Positions 13,901 to 27,408 of a stretch of DNA of 64,000 nucleotides are shown piece by piece. The notes beneath the pieces are model-generated. The model did not search any database and was not told the DNA's origin. It worked only from the letters and a program-made list of their open reading frames with translations. The stretch's first letter is position 1, and the number at the start of each line of letters is the position of its first letter. The translations under genes and the position numbers were made by a program. The stretch spans positions 1,116,001 to 1,180,000 of the forward strand of contig JAPDFW010000059.1 in NCBI GenBank assembly GCA_028826165.1, read 5' to 3'. This stretch comes from Anaeramoeba ignava BMAN (lineage: Eukaryota; Protista; Anaeramoebae).

Positions 13901-16900
13901 TTTTAATTATTTTCATTTATAAATTTATAAATTCTTTAAAAAATATAAAAATAGAATGTTTTGAAATCAATTTAAAACTTAGGAAATCATTTATTTTTAC
14001 AGAAAAACAATTTATGGTTCGATTTCTATTTCTTAGGAATTTTGAATCTTTTTATCAATTAAATTTATTTAAAGAAAAAGAAAAAATTCAATTAATTTTA
14101 CTTCTTTTAACATTCTTTCAACCTCCAAATTTATTATCATCATCTCTTCCAAATATTGGCATTTCAACTCAAAAACAAAATCAAAATCAAAATCAAATTC
14201 AAAATCAAAATGAAAAACAAAAACAAAATCAAATTCAAAATCAAAATGAAAACAAAATCAAAATCAAAATCAAAATCAAAATGAAAATCAAAATGAAAAT
14301 CAAAATGAAATTCAAAATGAAAATCAAAATGAAAATCAAAATCAAAATCAAAATCAAAATCAAAATCAAAATCAAAATCAAAATCAAAATCAAAATCAAA
14401 ATCAAAATCAAAATCAAAATCAAAATCAAAATGAAAATCAAAATGAAAAACAAAATCAAAATCAAAATCAAAATCAAAATCAAAATCAAAATCAAAATCA
14501 AAATCAAAATCAAAATCAAAAAAATGAAAATCAAAATCAAAAAAAAAATGAAAATCAAAAATCAAAATCAAAAATCAAAATCAAAATCAAAATCAAAATC
14601 AAAAATCAAAATCAAAATGAAAATCAAAATCAAAATCAAAAATCAAAAATCAAAATCAAAATCAAAATCAAAAAAAATCCAATCAAAATCAAAAATCAAA
14701 ATCAAAATCAAAAATCAAAATCAAAATCAATCAAAAATCAAAATCAAAATCAAAATCAAAATCAAAATCAAAATCAAAATCAAAATCAAAATCAAAATCA
14801 AAATCAAAATCAAAATCAAAATCAAAATCAAAATCAAAATCAAAATCAAAATCAAAATCAAAATCAAAATCAAAATCAAAATCAAAATCAAATTCAAAAT
14901 CAAAATCAAATTCAAATTCAAAATCAAAATCAAATTCAAAATCAAAATCAAAATCAAATTGAATGTGGAATAAATGAAATTGATGATTTTTTCCAAACAA
15001 ATTTCTTTGTATTTAATCCAAAAATCAAAAAAGAAGAAAATGATTTCATTTTTCGAAATTTCAAAATTCCTAAAGGAAATCTAATTGATTCAGAATTTAA
15101 TTTTTATATAAATATTTTCAAATTCTTTTATAAAATTATTATAGAAGAAAATATAATTGATCAAATTACAAACAATAACAATATTTATTATCTCAGAAAT
15201 TTTATTCTTTGGATTTATTATTATTCTAATTTAAAATTATTAAAAAAAAAGAAAAAAAAGAAAAAAAAGAAATAGAAAAAGAAAAAGAAATAGAAAAAGA
15301 AAAAGAAAAAGAAAAAGAAAAAGAAATCCAAAATATTAATCCAAAAAAAGCTTCAGAAATCAAATTATATAATCATTATTTTGATACATTTTTTTTCAAT
15401 ATTAGAGATTTACAAAATATTGAAAAAATAAATGAAAATGATTTATCAAAAAAAAATATTAAAAAAGAATTAGATAAATTTACAAATGAAACCAAAAGAA
15501 AAGTTAATAATTTCAAAGAAAGATTAATTTTGATTTATCTTGATTTATTCAAATATCTACAAAAAGAAAAAGAAAAACAACATAAAGAAATATCAAATTC
15601 ATCTTTAAATAATATTTTATCAAATCAAAAAATTATTCAAATTCAAAATTATATTCAAAATATTGATTCACAACTTCAAATGTATATTTTATTTGAATTT
15701 AAAAGAATAATTATTAAGAAAAATGATAATGATAATGATAATGAAATTATTAAATTTTTCCAAAAAAATGGAGGATGGAAAGTTTGTTTTTCAGATTATT
15801 TTATTAGAAACAATCCCATTAATTTAAATGTAAAAATCCAACAAAAAAAAAACATAATCCAAAAATTTTAATTTTAATTTTAATTTTAATTTTAATTTTA
15901 ATTTTAATTTTAATTAAATTATTTTTTTTCTATTTAGATTAAATTAAATGAAATGAACTTAGATTTACAAACATTATTAATTGATTTCATATTTAATGTT
16001 GCTTTAAATTATCCAGAAGATTTTGATTATAAATTCTTATTTAATCAAATTTTAAAAAATCAAAAGATAAAATCAAATTTATTTTTATTAAATCAATTTT
16101 TAGAAATAACAATTAAACTTATCAAACAAAATCCTAAATTTTTTTCAAATAAAATTATTGGAATTTCAGAACTTAAACAAATCCAAGAAATTTTAGATCA
16201 ATTAATTCAAACTCAAAATCAAATCCAAATTCAAAATCAAAATCAAACTCAAACTCAAACTCAAACTCAAAATCAAACTCAAAGTCAAACTCAAACTCAA
16301 ACTCAAACTCAAACTCAAACTCAAACTCAAACTCAAACTCAAATTCAAAATCAAATTCAAATTCAAAATCAAAATCAAACAATTGATTTATTTTTAGAAA
16401 TTTTGGATTTATTCTTTCAAAATGTCGATATTGAAATAATTATTCTAGATCAAGGATTTATCAATATTTTGGTTAAATTATTTGAAAAAAAGATTACTCA
16501 AAAAATTTCATTAATACATATCCCAAATATATTTGAAAAAATCAAAAATTCAAATGGAGAAAATGAAAAAATAACAATTTCTTATTTATTTCAAAAAATT
16601 ATTTTATTATCTCAAGAAATTTCAAAACAAAATGATCAAGAGAAAATCAATGAAATTAAATTTAATGATATTGAAATACTTTTTTTACAATGTTCAAAAT
16701 CAATTTCAAGAAATCGAGATATTATTCAAGAAATTTTTCTAAATACAGATTCATTATCACTTTTAAAAGAATTATTGATTGATAAAGAACAAAAATTAAA
16801 TCATCTTATTTTAAAAATTTTGAAAGAAATTATCAGAAATAATGAAACAATTATAAATGAATTTGAAAAATTAATTCCAATACCAGAATTTATTCAATTA

Positions 16901-19900
16901 CTTTATGAAACAGAAAAAAGAAAACCAACAAAAAAATTATTTCGAATTTTATTAGATTTAATGATTAATAATGGTGATTTTTTAATAGAAAATAATTTTA
17001 TTATTAGATATCCAAATATGATAAATGTTATTTTGGAACTTTATTCTCAAAATCAAAATCAAAATCAAAATCAAAATCAAAATCAAAATCAAAATCAAAA
17101 TGAAGAAATTTCTTTTATTGAAATTTTAAAAATATTTAATCAAATTTGTGAAAAAACAATTCATAATATTTATTGTTTTTGTGAAAAAAGGATTATTTCT
17201 TTTTTACTTGAATTAATTCCAAAAATTGAAGATTTAAATCTATTTAAAGAAATTATTGAATTTATTGGAAAACTTGGAAAACATAAATTTCTTGTTTCTG
17301 AAATGAAAAAATATTTTTCAATTTTGAAAATTCATTTAGAAAATAACAAATCAACAAATCAAATTCAAATTCAAAATCAAGATAATTTCACAAAATTAAT
17401 GTTATTTGAATTAAATAAGATGATTATTCAAAATGAAAATCAAAATCAAAATCAAAATGAAAATCAAAATGAAAATCAAAATCAAAATCAAAATCAAAAT
17501 CAAAATCCAATTCCAATAAATTTCTTTGATTTTTATGATGAAAACTCAAGTATACAACTTCCAATTTTTAAAAACTCTTTAATTTCCAAAAAATTTAGTT
17601 TTGTTACTTGGATAAGAATTGAAGATTTTCAAAACATTTATTATACATTAAATGAAAAAGAAAATGAAAGAAATTATAAAACAAAAATATTCAATTTTTT
17701 AACAGAAAATTTAAATGGAATTGGATTATTTTTGGAATTTAACAAAGAAAGCAATAAACCTGATTCATTTCTTTATCAAATTTATTCAAATCAAGAAAAG
17801 AAATAATTGAAAAAGATTTGCATTTAAAATTGAAATCAAAAATGGTATTTTTCGTTTTCACATATAAATATAATATAAATAAGTCTCAATTTGATATATC
17901 AATTTATCTTGATGGAAAAAAGAAAACAACAACAATCACAACAAAAAAAATTGGAAATGAAAAATCATTTATTCAAAATGAAATAGGTTCAAATTTCACA
18001 TTTTCTAATCAAAAAAATGAAAATCAATCAATAATAAATCACAAACAAAAAACAATAAATCAAAAATCATTTTATGGACAAATGGGAAAAATTTATCTTT
18101 TCAAAGAATTTCTCAATGAAAATCAAGTTAAAGCAATTCAATTTCTTGGACCAAATTATAATTCATTTTTTTATCAAAATGAAATTTCCAAATATTTAAA
18201 TTCAAAAATGGAAAAAGAATTAAAAGAAATTTTAAATGGGAAATTAACACAAAAAATAATAAATTATTATAATCCAAAAGAAACTAAAGAAAATTTCTTT
18301 TTCAAACAAATTTCAAAAGATATTAACCAAGAAAATATAAAAACAAAAAGAATTTACTCATTTTCAAAAGATAATTTCCAAGATATTATTCATTATTTAG
18401 GAGGAATTGAAACAATTTTTTATTTAATTCTTGGAATTGATGAAATATTTAAAGAAGAAGAATTTACTAAAAATGAAATGAAATCAAAATTATTTTTTGA
18501 AGAAATATTAATACTATTTCAAAATTTTTTATTGAATGATTTAACTTTCCAAGAAGAAATGATTCAAAAACAAAGAATCCAAATATTTATTAATATACTT
18601 AAATCAATTAATCTAAAATATTTTCCAATTCAAATTTATAATCTTTTCAAAACATTTCAACAAAAAATACAAAATGAAAAATTCCAAATACAACTTAAAA
18701 ATCATTTAATATTTGATTATGAAATTTGGAAATGTTTCAACTTTAAAATTCAAAATGATTTTATTAAAATTATTGATGAATTAATTAAAAATCAAATTAA
18801 GAAAGAAAATATTCAAACAGAAAAATTAAAATTACAAAACAATTTAAGAAAAGAAGAAAATACAAAGAATATTACAATTTTTGGTTTATTAATTATATTA
18901 AATTATTATGATGAACAATTATTTCAAATTCAAAATCAAATTCAAAATCAAATTCAAATTCAAAATCAAATTGAAAATCAAAGTCAAAATCAAATTCAAA
19001 ATCAAAATCAAAATCAAAATCAAAATCAAAATCAAAATCAAATTGAAAATCAAAATGAAAATCAAATTGAAAATCAAAATGAAAATCAAATTCAAATTCA
19101 AATTCAAAATCAAATTCAAAATCAAAATCAAAATCAAATTCAAATTGAAAATCAAAAAAAGATTAATGAAGTATCTCAAAATTTATTTAAAATTATTGAA
19201 CTTATTTTAGATCAAGTTGATATTGAAAAAGATATTTTAACAAAAAAATATATCAAATGTTTGATTTCAAAAATTTATATTTTCAAAACACAAAATTTTA
19301 TTGAAAAAATACTTGAAATTATTTATAATTTTATCCAAAAAAATCAAAAAAAAAATTTGAAACATTTATTTTTATTTCAATTATTCAACCCATTAATTCA
19401 ATTAATGAAAGACAACAAAATAAGAAATAACCTAAAAATAATCAAATTATGTCTTGAAATTATTAATCTTATTGATATTTTAATTAATGAAAATGAAAAT
19501 GAAAATGAAAAAAAGAATGAAAAAAAGAATGAAAAAAAGAATGAAATTAAAATTATTACATTGAAAGATGAATATCCTTTGATTCGTAAAATATTAATGG
19601 ATAATATAGAACTAATTTCAAAAGAAATTATTGATATTCTTTTCAAATTAATGATTCATGAAATTGGAAGTTTTAAATCAAAATATTCAATTATTCAAAA
19701 TCCATTTATTTTAGAAACAATTTTTGAAATTTTTAAACATTCACCAAATTTAATTGATAACAATCTTGAAAAATTATTCATTATAATAGCAGAAAATGAT
19801 TACAATAAAAACAAAATTATTTCAGAATTTGGATGGCAAAAATGGATTATTTCTTTATTAAATTTTAATCAAATAGAAAATCAAAATCAAAATCAAAATC

Positions 19901-22900
19901 AAAATCAAAATCAAAATGAAATTCAAATTCATGTTAATGAAAGGATTTTCAAAATTTTCAAGTTATTGTTTATTTATTGTTTCCATCATTCATCTTATAA
20001 TTTCTCAGAAATATTCAAAATTTTTATTTCATCAATTTATTTAGCTCATTTTCCAACAAAAAAAAAAGAAGAAACAATTCACAAAATTATTGAAAGAATA
20101 ATAAATGATATTTTTGAAGATCTTAAACAAAATTCAAAACAAGAACTTGATAAAAATAATCAATATTTAATAAAATCAACATCAATACCAACATCAAACA
20201 TTTCAAAAGAAGAATTTATCAAGAATTTATTTTATTTAATCAAAGTATTAAATGGAATTATTTTCAATTTATCGAAAAATAGATTCCAATTTATAAAAAC
20301 AGAAAATCAATCAGAAAATCAATCAGAAAATCAAATTATTCCAACAGAAATTTCAAATCATTTCACAAAAATTCAAGAAATAAAGTCAAACCAAAATAAT
20401 ATTAAATTAATCAATGAAAAAAACTTAATCAAATTTTTAGAAACTAAATTTGATTTATTTGGAAAAGAAGAAATTTTGGGAAATTTAATTGAAATTTTAG
20501 AAAAATTTGGATTTTTTAAACAAAAAGGAATTCAATTAAAAAAACAAGAAGAAACAAGAACAATTTATAAAATTATAATTTTCTTATTTATTGCAATAAT
20601 TCCAAAAGCAAATATTAAATTAACTAATCTTCTTCTTTCAAAATTACAAAATATAATTAATGAACCACTAAATTTCAAAACATCTCAAATTCGAAATCCA
20701 CAAGAATTAATTATAATTTATTTTTCATTCCTATTTTCTTATATTCAAAATGAAAAAGAAAAAGAAAAAGAAAAAGAAAAAGAAAGAAAAGAAAAAAGAA
20801 ATATTTTCTTATCAACCTTAAAGCATTCAATACAAGAAAATTACAATTTCTTATTTTCTTTATTTTCAAATATAAACAAAAAACAAAAATTACTTACTCA
20901 AAATTCAAAAAAACCAATCATATTTTCAACTAAATATATTGAAGAATTTGAAAAAGAAATAATGGAAGAAAAATGGAAAAAAGAAATCAATAATATTTTC
21001 TTTCCAATAAATGAAACAATTTTCAAAGATATTGAAGAAAATGAAAAAGAATTTATTGCAATTCAAACAAATAATTTATTATGTTTGAAACAATTATTTA
21101 ATCAAGAATATGAAAATCAAAAACTAAAAATTGAGAAAATTTTAATGAAAATTGAAAAAGAAAAAGAAAATTTCATTTTAAAAGAAAAACAAAAAAAATT
21201 GAAAATAGAAATTAAAGAAGGAAAGAAATTAATTTCTTTAAAAAAATTCAAAGAAATGATTGAAAATACAATTTTGGGAAAATATCCATTAAATGAAAAA
21301 TTAAAATCAAAAGAATTTGAAAAACAAAATTATATTAAAATTTCAGAAATCGAAGATGAAATGAGAAGACAAAAGAAATTAAAATTTTATTCAAAAAATC
21401 AAAATCAAAATAATTTGATAAAACTAAAACAAAAAATCAAAACAAATATAAAAGAAATTACAAATCAATTACCACAAATTCTAAATCAAAGATACAAAAA
21501 AAGAAATGATAATTTATTTCCAATGAAATGTGAAATAATTTCAAAAATACAAACAAGAAAAGGAATATTTGGATTTAGAGAAAATTTAATTTATTTTTTT
21601 GAAGAATTTGATTCACAAAAACAAAAAGAAAAAGAAAAAAAAGAATATAAATGGAAAATTAAAAATATTCAATCAATTTATAAAAGAAGATTTAATTTCA
21701 AATATTCAGGATTAGAAATATTTTTTGAAAAAGAAAGAAAATTTATATTTTTCAATTTTGAGACAATGGAAAAAAGAGATGAAATTTATGAATATCTTCA
21801 AAATCATAAATTAAGAAATATTAATAAATCAAATTATTATCCAGGAAATAAACCAATAAAATGGAATGAAAAACAAATGACAAGAAAATGGCAAGAAAGA
21901 AAAATTACTAATTTCGAATATCTTATGTATTTAAACACAATATCAGGAAGAACATATCAAGATATTTCACAATATCCAATTTTCCCATGGATTATTTCTG
22001 ATTATGAATCTAAAAAAATAAATCTTAATAATCCAAAAACATTTAGAGATTTATCAAAACCTATTGGATATTTGAATAATAAAATAATCATTCATTTTGG
22101 AAAATACCAAAAAAACGAAAAAGAGAAAGAATTCCAATTCAATTATCTAAAGATGTATTCCAATCCAGAAATTGTTTCATCTTATTTGATTAGATTAGAA
22201 CCATTTACCTCTATTTGTTTAAAAGAAAAATATCCGATTTTCAAATCAATCCCAAAAACATGGAAAGCAATTCAAGAAAATGATGGAGATTATTTTATTG
22301 CAGAACTTACTCCAGAATTTTTTCATTTACCAGATTTTTTAAGAAAGCAAAAAATATTCAAACATAAACATGAAAATTTAAATGAAAAAACAATTTTACA
22401 AGAAATTTCAAATGTTGAACTTCCAAAATGGGCTAAAACAGCAGAAGAGTTTATTCAAATTCAACAAGAAGCACTCGAATCAGAATATGTTTCAGAACAT
22501 CTTAATGAATGGATTGATTTAATATTTGGATATAAACAAAAAGGAGAAGAAGCAAAAAAAGCATACAATTTATTTCATCCAAATTTATATGAAGAAAATA
22601 TTAATATTTTAAAAACAGAATCAATCCAAAAAGAAATCCAAAGAAAAGGACAAATTCCAATTCAATTATTTACACAAAAACACATAAAAAAATTAACAAA
22701 AGAGCAGATTGAACAAAAATATTTATTCAAATCTCGTTTTCCATTTCATTTATTTGAGTGGAAAAATATTTTATCAAATAAAAATTTCATTATCAATATA
22801 AAAAGATTCAAAATAAGTTCAAAATCTGTTATATTTATAAATTATTATGGAAATAAAGATTTAATTAATAAAGCAAATTCTTCTGTGTTACTTACAATTG

Positions 22901-23799
22901 ATAAAGATGGTGAAATTAGAATTCAGAAGATTCGGTTAAATAACCCAAATGCAAACAAAAATGTTACCAATTTTACTTTTTGGATTGATACAAAAATTGA
23001 ACAAAAAAAAGGAAAAATTTGGATACCATTTCAACAAGATTTAAATAATTTTCAAGGATATTTATCACTTGATCAAAATTGGAAATATTTAATTTGCTCA
23101 GGATTTAATGATAATAGTTTTAAAATAATTGAAACTGAAAATTATAAAATGATACAAAGTATTTCGAAACATAAAGATATTGTGAATTGTTTATCAATTG
23201 ATTGGAAATATCTTGTTACAGGATCAAAAGATACAACAGTGATTGTTTGGAAAATTTATTCAAAAGAAAAGAAAGTTAAAGAAAATCCAAAACATATTTT
23301 TTTTGAACATGAAAAAGAAGTGAAAAGTGTAGCAATTTCAGTTGAATATGATATTGTATTAAGTGGATCTATTAATGGAGAATTAATATTTCATTCATTA
23401 AACAAAGGAAAACACATTCGAACAATAATTTTATCAGATCAAGAACCAATTTCAATTATTAAAATAACCAAAGAAGGAAATATTATTACATTTTCACAAA
23501 ATTCCAATATTTTAAGATTATTTACAATTAATGGATATTTAGTAAAAGAAGTTATATGTTTACAAAATATTTATTCTATTTCAATTACTCCAGATTCTAA
23601 ATTCTTATTTTTAGGAGGAGAAAAAGGAATTTTTGAAATTAGGAATATGTTTGATTTAAAAGGAATTAAAATTTTTAATTTAGAAGAAAAAATATATTCC
23701 ATTTTAATTATTGAAAAAACATTTCTAGTTGTTATTGGATTATCAAATGGAGAATTAATTATTGGAAATTTTATTGAAAATTCATTTACAAAGAACTAA
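10904..23799 (+). CDS. Large BEACH-domain protein (N-terminal BTB, ConA-like, PH-BEACH, WD40), multi-exon, with several apparent frameshifts
   Basis: BTB motif SDFKIYCG...[15 protein letters not shown]. Introns 12377-12515, 12745-12819, 13627-13721, 13885-13954 and 15830-15937 are all GT-AG and phase-compatible. BEACH signature [34 protein letters not shown]...FRDLSKPIG...[12 protein letters not shown] and WD40 HKDIVNCL...[12 protein letters not shown]. Frameshifts at about 13170, 14250-15270 and 17800-17850. Confidence 0.8.
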
Positions 23800-23839
23800 A
23801 TTTTTTTTAAATTTTCTTTTCAAAACAATTTATATAAAA

Positions 23840-24362
23840 AAAATCAAATTCAAATTCAAAATCAAAATCAAAATCAAAATTAAAATTAAAATTAAAATTA
23901 AAATTAAAATTAAAATTAAAATCAAAATTAAAATTAAAATCAAAATCAAAATCAAAATCAAAATCAAAATCAAAATTAAAATTAAAATTAAAATTAAAAT
24001 CAAAATCAAAATTAAAATCAAAATCAAAATCAAAATCAAAATCAAAATTAAATTTAAAATTAAAATCAAAATTAAAAATCAAAATCAAAATCAAAATTAA
24101 AATCAAAATCAAAATTAAAATCAAAATTAAAATCAAAATCAAAATCAAAATTAAAATCAAATTCAAAATAAAAATTAAAATTAAAATCAAAATCAAAATT
24201 AAAATCAAAATTAAAATCAAAATTAAAATCAAAATCAAAATTAAAATCAAATTCAAAATAAAAATTAAAATTAAAATCAAAATCAAAATCAAAATTAAAA
24301 TTAAAATTAAAATTAAAATTAAAATTAAAATTAAAATTAAAATCAAAATTAAAATCAAAAAA
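23840..24362 (+). repeat. Intergenic/3'UTR (AAAATY)n microsatellite
   Basis: Hexamer array after the BEACH stop codon. Confidence 0.85.
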
Positions 24363-24363
24363 A

Positions 24364-24396
24364 TCATTTTTTCATTTTTTCATTTTTTCATTTTTA
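24364..24396 (+). promoter_or_regulatory. Tandem TCATTTT Initiator-like elements (representative copy; similar tracts precede almost every ATG in the window)
   Basis: Four TCATTTT copies immediately upstream of ATG 24403. The same motif occurs in sense orientation before most other genes. Confidence 0.55.
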
Positions 24397-24402
24397 TTTG
24401 AA

Positions 24403-25944
24403 ATGCTTTTAACAGCTATTGTTATTATTTGTTATATTTTTTTTCTAATTTGTTCTTTTGTTGCTCTTTATTTTTATACATCATTTATCAATACATTTCA
24501 ACAAAGATATAATATATTTACAGTAGGACAAACTCCACAAGATAGATTTTATCTTGTACCTTCACAAAGTTTAGCTTTAATTCAAACAGAAATCATGAAG
24601 AATCAAATGAATGGAATCGAAAATATTATTTGGATTGGTTGTCCTATTGGTATTTCTTTTATCAAAAATGAAAAGAGAAAGTTAATGGTTTTCTCTATTT
24701 TTTCATTATCTCTTTTATTTTTGTCCTTATTTGTTTGTAATTATTTTAAAATTAAAATTAAAATTCATTTATAAAATTAAATTCAAATCAAAATTAAAAT
24801 TCATTTATAAAATTAAATTCAAATCAAAATTAAAATTCATTTATAAAATTAAAATTAAAATTAAAATTCATTTATAAAATTAAAATTAAAATTCATTTAT
24901 AAAATTAAATTTAAAATTCATTTATAAAATTAAAATTAAAATTCATTTATAAAATTAAAATTAAAATTCATTTATAAAATTAATATTAAAATTCAAAATT
25001 AAAATTAAAATCAAAAATTAAATTCAAAATTATAATTAAAATTCATTTATAAAATTAAATTCAAAATTAAAATTAAAATTCAAAATTAAAATTAAAATTA
25101 ATATTAAAATTAAAATTAAATTTAAAATTAAAATTCATTTATAAAATTTAAAATTAAAATTAAAATTCATTTATAAAATTAAAATTAAAATTCATTTATA
25201 AAATTAATATTAAAATTCAAAATTAAAATTAAAATCAAAATTAAATTCAAAATTATAATTAAAATTCATTTATAAAATTAATATTAAAATTAAAATTAAA
25301 ATTAATATTAAAATTAAAATTAAAATTAAAATTAAAATTAAAATTAAAATTAAAATCAAAATTAAAATTAAAATTAAATTTAAAATTAAAATTCATTTAT
25401 AAAATTTAAAATTAAATTTAAAAATATAAAAGATCCTGTTCCAGTTTTGATCATACCATTCTCTGTTTTACTAGTTATTGAATCATGTTTTGTGATTTAC
25501 TTCTATTTCAAAGATAAATACAAATTAGAACTTGTATATGTGATTTCTAATTATCGAGTATTTCTTGCTGGAAATGATCCAAAAATCAAACATGGACAAC
25601 TATTTTATTGGAATTTGAGCGATATTTCATCAATGAGATATCGTCAAGTGGAAGAAAATATTGGCACAGTTTCATTTAATCTATTTGATGAACTTGTAGA
25701 ACCTTCTTTTTCTCATATTAATGAACCACATGTTATTATTTCTACAATTTATTATCTTTTAAATCTCAATGAAAATCATCAAAATCAAACAGATTTTCAT
25801 TATCCAAAAAATAATAACGTTTTTTTTAATAATCAATATTTATCTCAAACTCTTGTGTTTCCTGTTAATCAAAGACAAGATTCAACAACAACTTCTTATG
25901 AAACATATGAAAATAGTGAATTAAGCAATAACGATAATCAATAA
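24403..25944 (+). CDS. Membrane protein with a bacterial-type PH (bPH-like) domain, two exons
   Basis: Exons 24403-24736 and 25433-25944 (intron GTAATT...AAAAG, repeat-filled). Pattern IIWIGCP-TM-TM-LVYVISNYRVFL...GTVSF...FSHINEP resembles bacterial PH-domain membrane proteins. Confidence 0.6.
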
Positions 25945-26184
25945 GAAATCAAATCCATTTAATAAGAATTTAATAATTTAAAATTAAATTAAAATTTAAA
26001 TTAAAAATCAAAATCAAAATCGAAATGAAATTTATTAAGAATTTAATAAGAAATTCTTTTTTTTTTGTTCTTGTGAATAAAAATTAAAAAAAAAACAAGA
26101 AAAAAAAAATTTTTTATTTATTGGGAAAATTTTTCGAAATTAAAAAAAATTTTTCTTTTATTTTCTTTTTATTTATTCCAAACT

Positions 26185-27291
26185 TCATTTTTCATCTTTC
26201 TTTCTAAAATATTGAGCAGCAACTTCTGGAATAAACGAACTAATTGAGAAACCAGTGCCGTATTCAAAACCAGCAAAGCTACTCATTCTTGGAATAATAT
26301 CGACATGAAAATGGAAATTCTTGCAATTTTTTGGAGCGTTATGAAAAATAACATTATAAGGAGTTTGGAGGTCCCTCAAGCCTTGATAAGCTTGAACCAA
26401 GACATCAGCAAGATCTCTTTTTTGGGGTTTTGTAAGTTCGATCATAGAAGGAATTTTGGTAATTGGGAGGATCAAAGCCTGACAACGATAAAAAGAAGCG
26501 AACGGGGTTATAAGAACAAAGGAGTCATTTCCATAGCAGAAGCGCTGGGAGTTTTTTTCCTGTTCAACGACCTGAACGTATCCGTTTGGATGTTTTTCAA
26601 ATGCGTCCATTTTTTCCTTAATTATTGGTGGGATCAAATTCATGGACACAATTTGCGAGTGTGCATGTGGTTGGCTTGCACCGGAACCTGGACCGGCGTT
26701 TTTGAATAATGAAACATACTTGACCTCTTTGGGTTCATAGAGTTCTTTTAGTCTGAGACAATAAACATGCACTAGTTCCTCCATTTGATCAACAGAAAAT
26801 TCGTCAATTTGCTGTGAATGATCAGTTGTTTCAATTATAACTTCATGTGTTCCAATTGGTTTTTTTGTTGTGTAAACTATCCCGTTTTGATCCTCTTTTG
26901 TATTCTCGATTGTTTTGATTGCTGGATACTTGTTTAAAACTATCCTTATTTTCCATTTTTTTGGATCGTTTTGATCCTCTAATCGATAAGTTTCTTTTGA
27001 TGTTAAATGTTCATTTCCAACACAAAAAACACATTCTTCATCTATTTTCTTGTTGTTTTTTGTTTCTGTTCTTATTATTCTTCTTTTGTTTGGTAACGGT
27101 CTTCTTTCTCTTTCTGTTGAAACTATAACATATCTCTCAAAGAAATAATCCTTACGAAGTTCATACAGATCTTCATTTTGATTTTCATTTTGATTTTTAT
27201 TATTATTTTCATTTTGATTTTCATTTTGATTTTGATTTTCATTTTTATTATTATTTTCATTTTGATTTTGATTTTGATTTTGATTTTCCAT
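26185..27291 (-). CDS. galT: Galactose-1-phosphate uridylyltransferase (GalT/HIT family; prokaryote/plant ADP-glucose phosphorylase-like type)
   Basis: ELRKDY...RRP, CVFC.GNE, NKYPA, GTHEVIIET, catalytic GASQPHAHSQ (HxHxQ), FHFHVDIIPR...AGFEYGTG. Intronless. Confidence 0.88.
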   Translation of the reverse strand: MENQNQNQNQNENNNKNENQNQNENQNENNNKNQNENQNEDLYELRKDYFFERYVIVSTERERRPLPNKRRIIRTETKNNKKIDEECVFCVGNEHLTSKETYRLEDQNDPKKWKIRIVLNKYPAIKTIENTKEDQNGIVYTTKKPIGTHEVIIETTDHSQQIDEFSVDQMEELVHVYCLRLKELYEPKEVKYVSLFKNAGPGSGASQPHAHSQIVSMNLIPPIIKEKMDAFEKHPNGYVQVVEQEKNSQRFCYGNDSFVLITPFASFYRCQALILPITKIPSMIELTKPQKRDLADVLVQAYQGLRDLQTPYNVIFHNAPKNCKNFHFHVDIIPRMSSFAGFEYGTGFSISSFIPEVAAQYFRKKDEK

Positions 27292-27408
27292 TTTATTATT
27301 ATTATTATTATTTTGATTATTATTTTTTTTTTTTTCGATTTTTTTTTAAAAGAAAAAAATGAAAAACCAAAATTTTCAAAAAAATTTTTTTTTTCCGTTT
27401 TTGTTTTT

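Noticed and set aside
17790-17850. Programmed frameshift or stop-codon reassignment in the BEACH gene
   Set aside because: The breaks coincide with A-homopolymers, long ORFs elsewhere use the standard code with normal stops, and sequencing indels are the simpler explanation.
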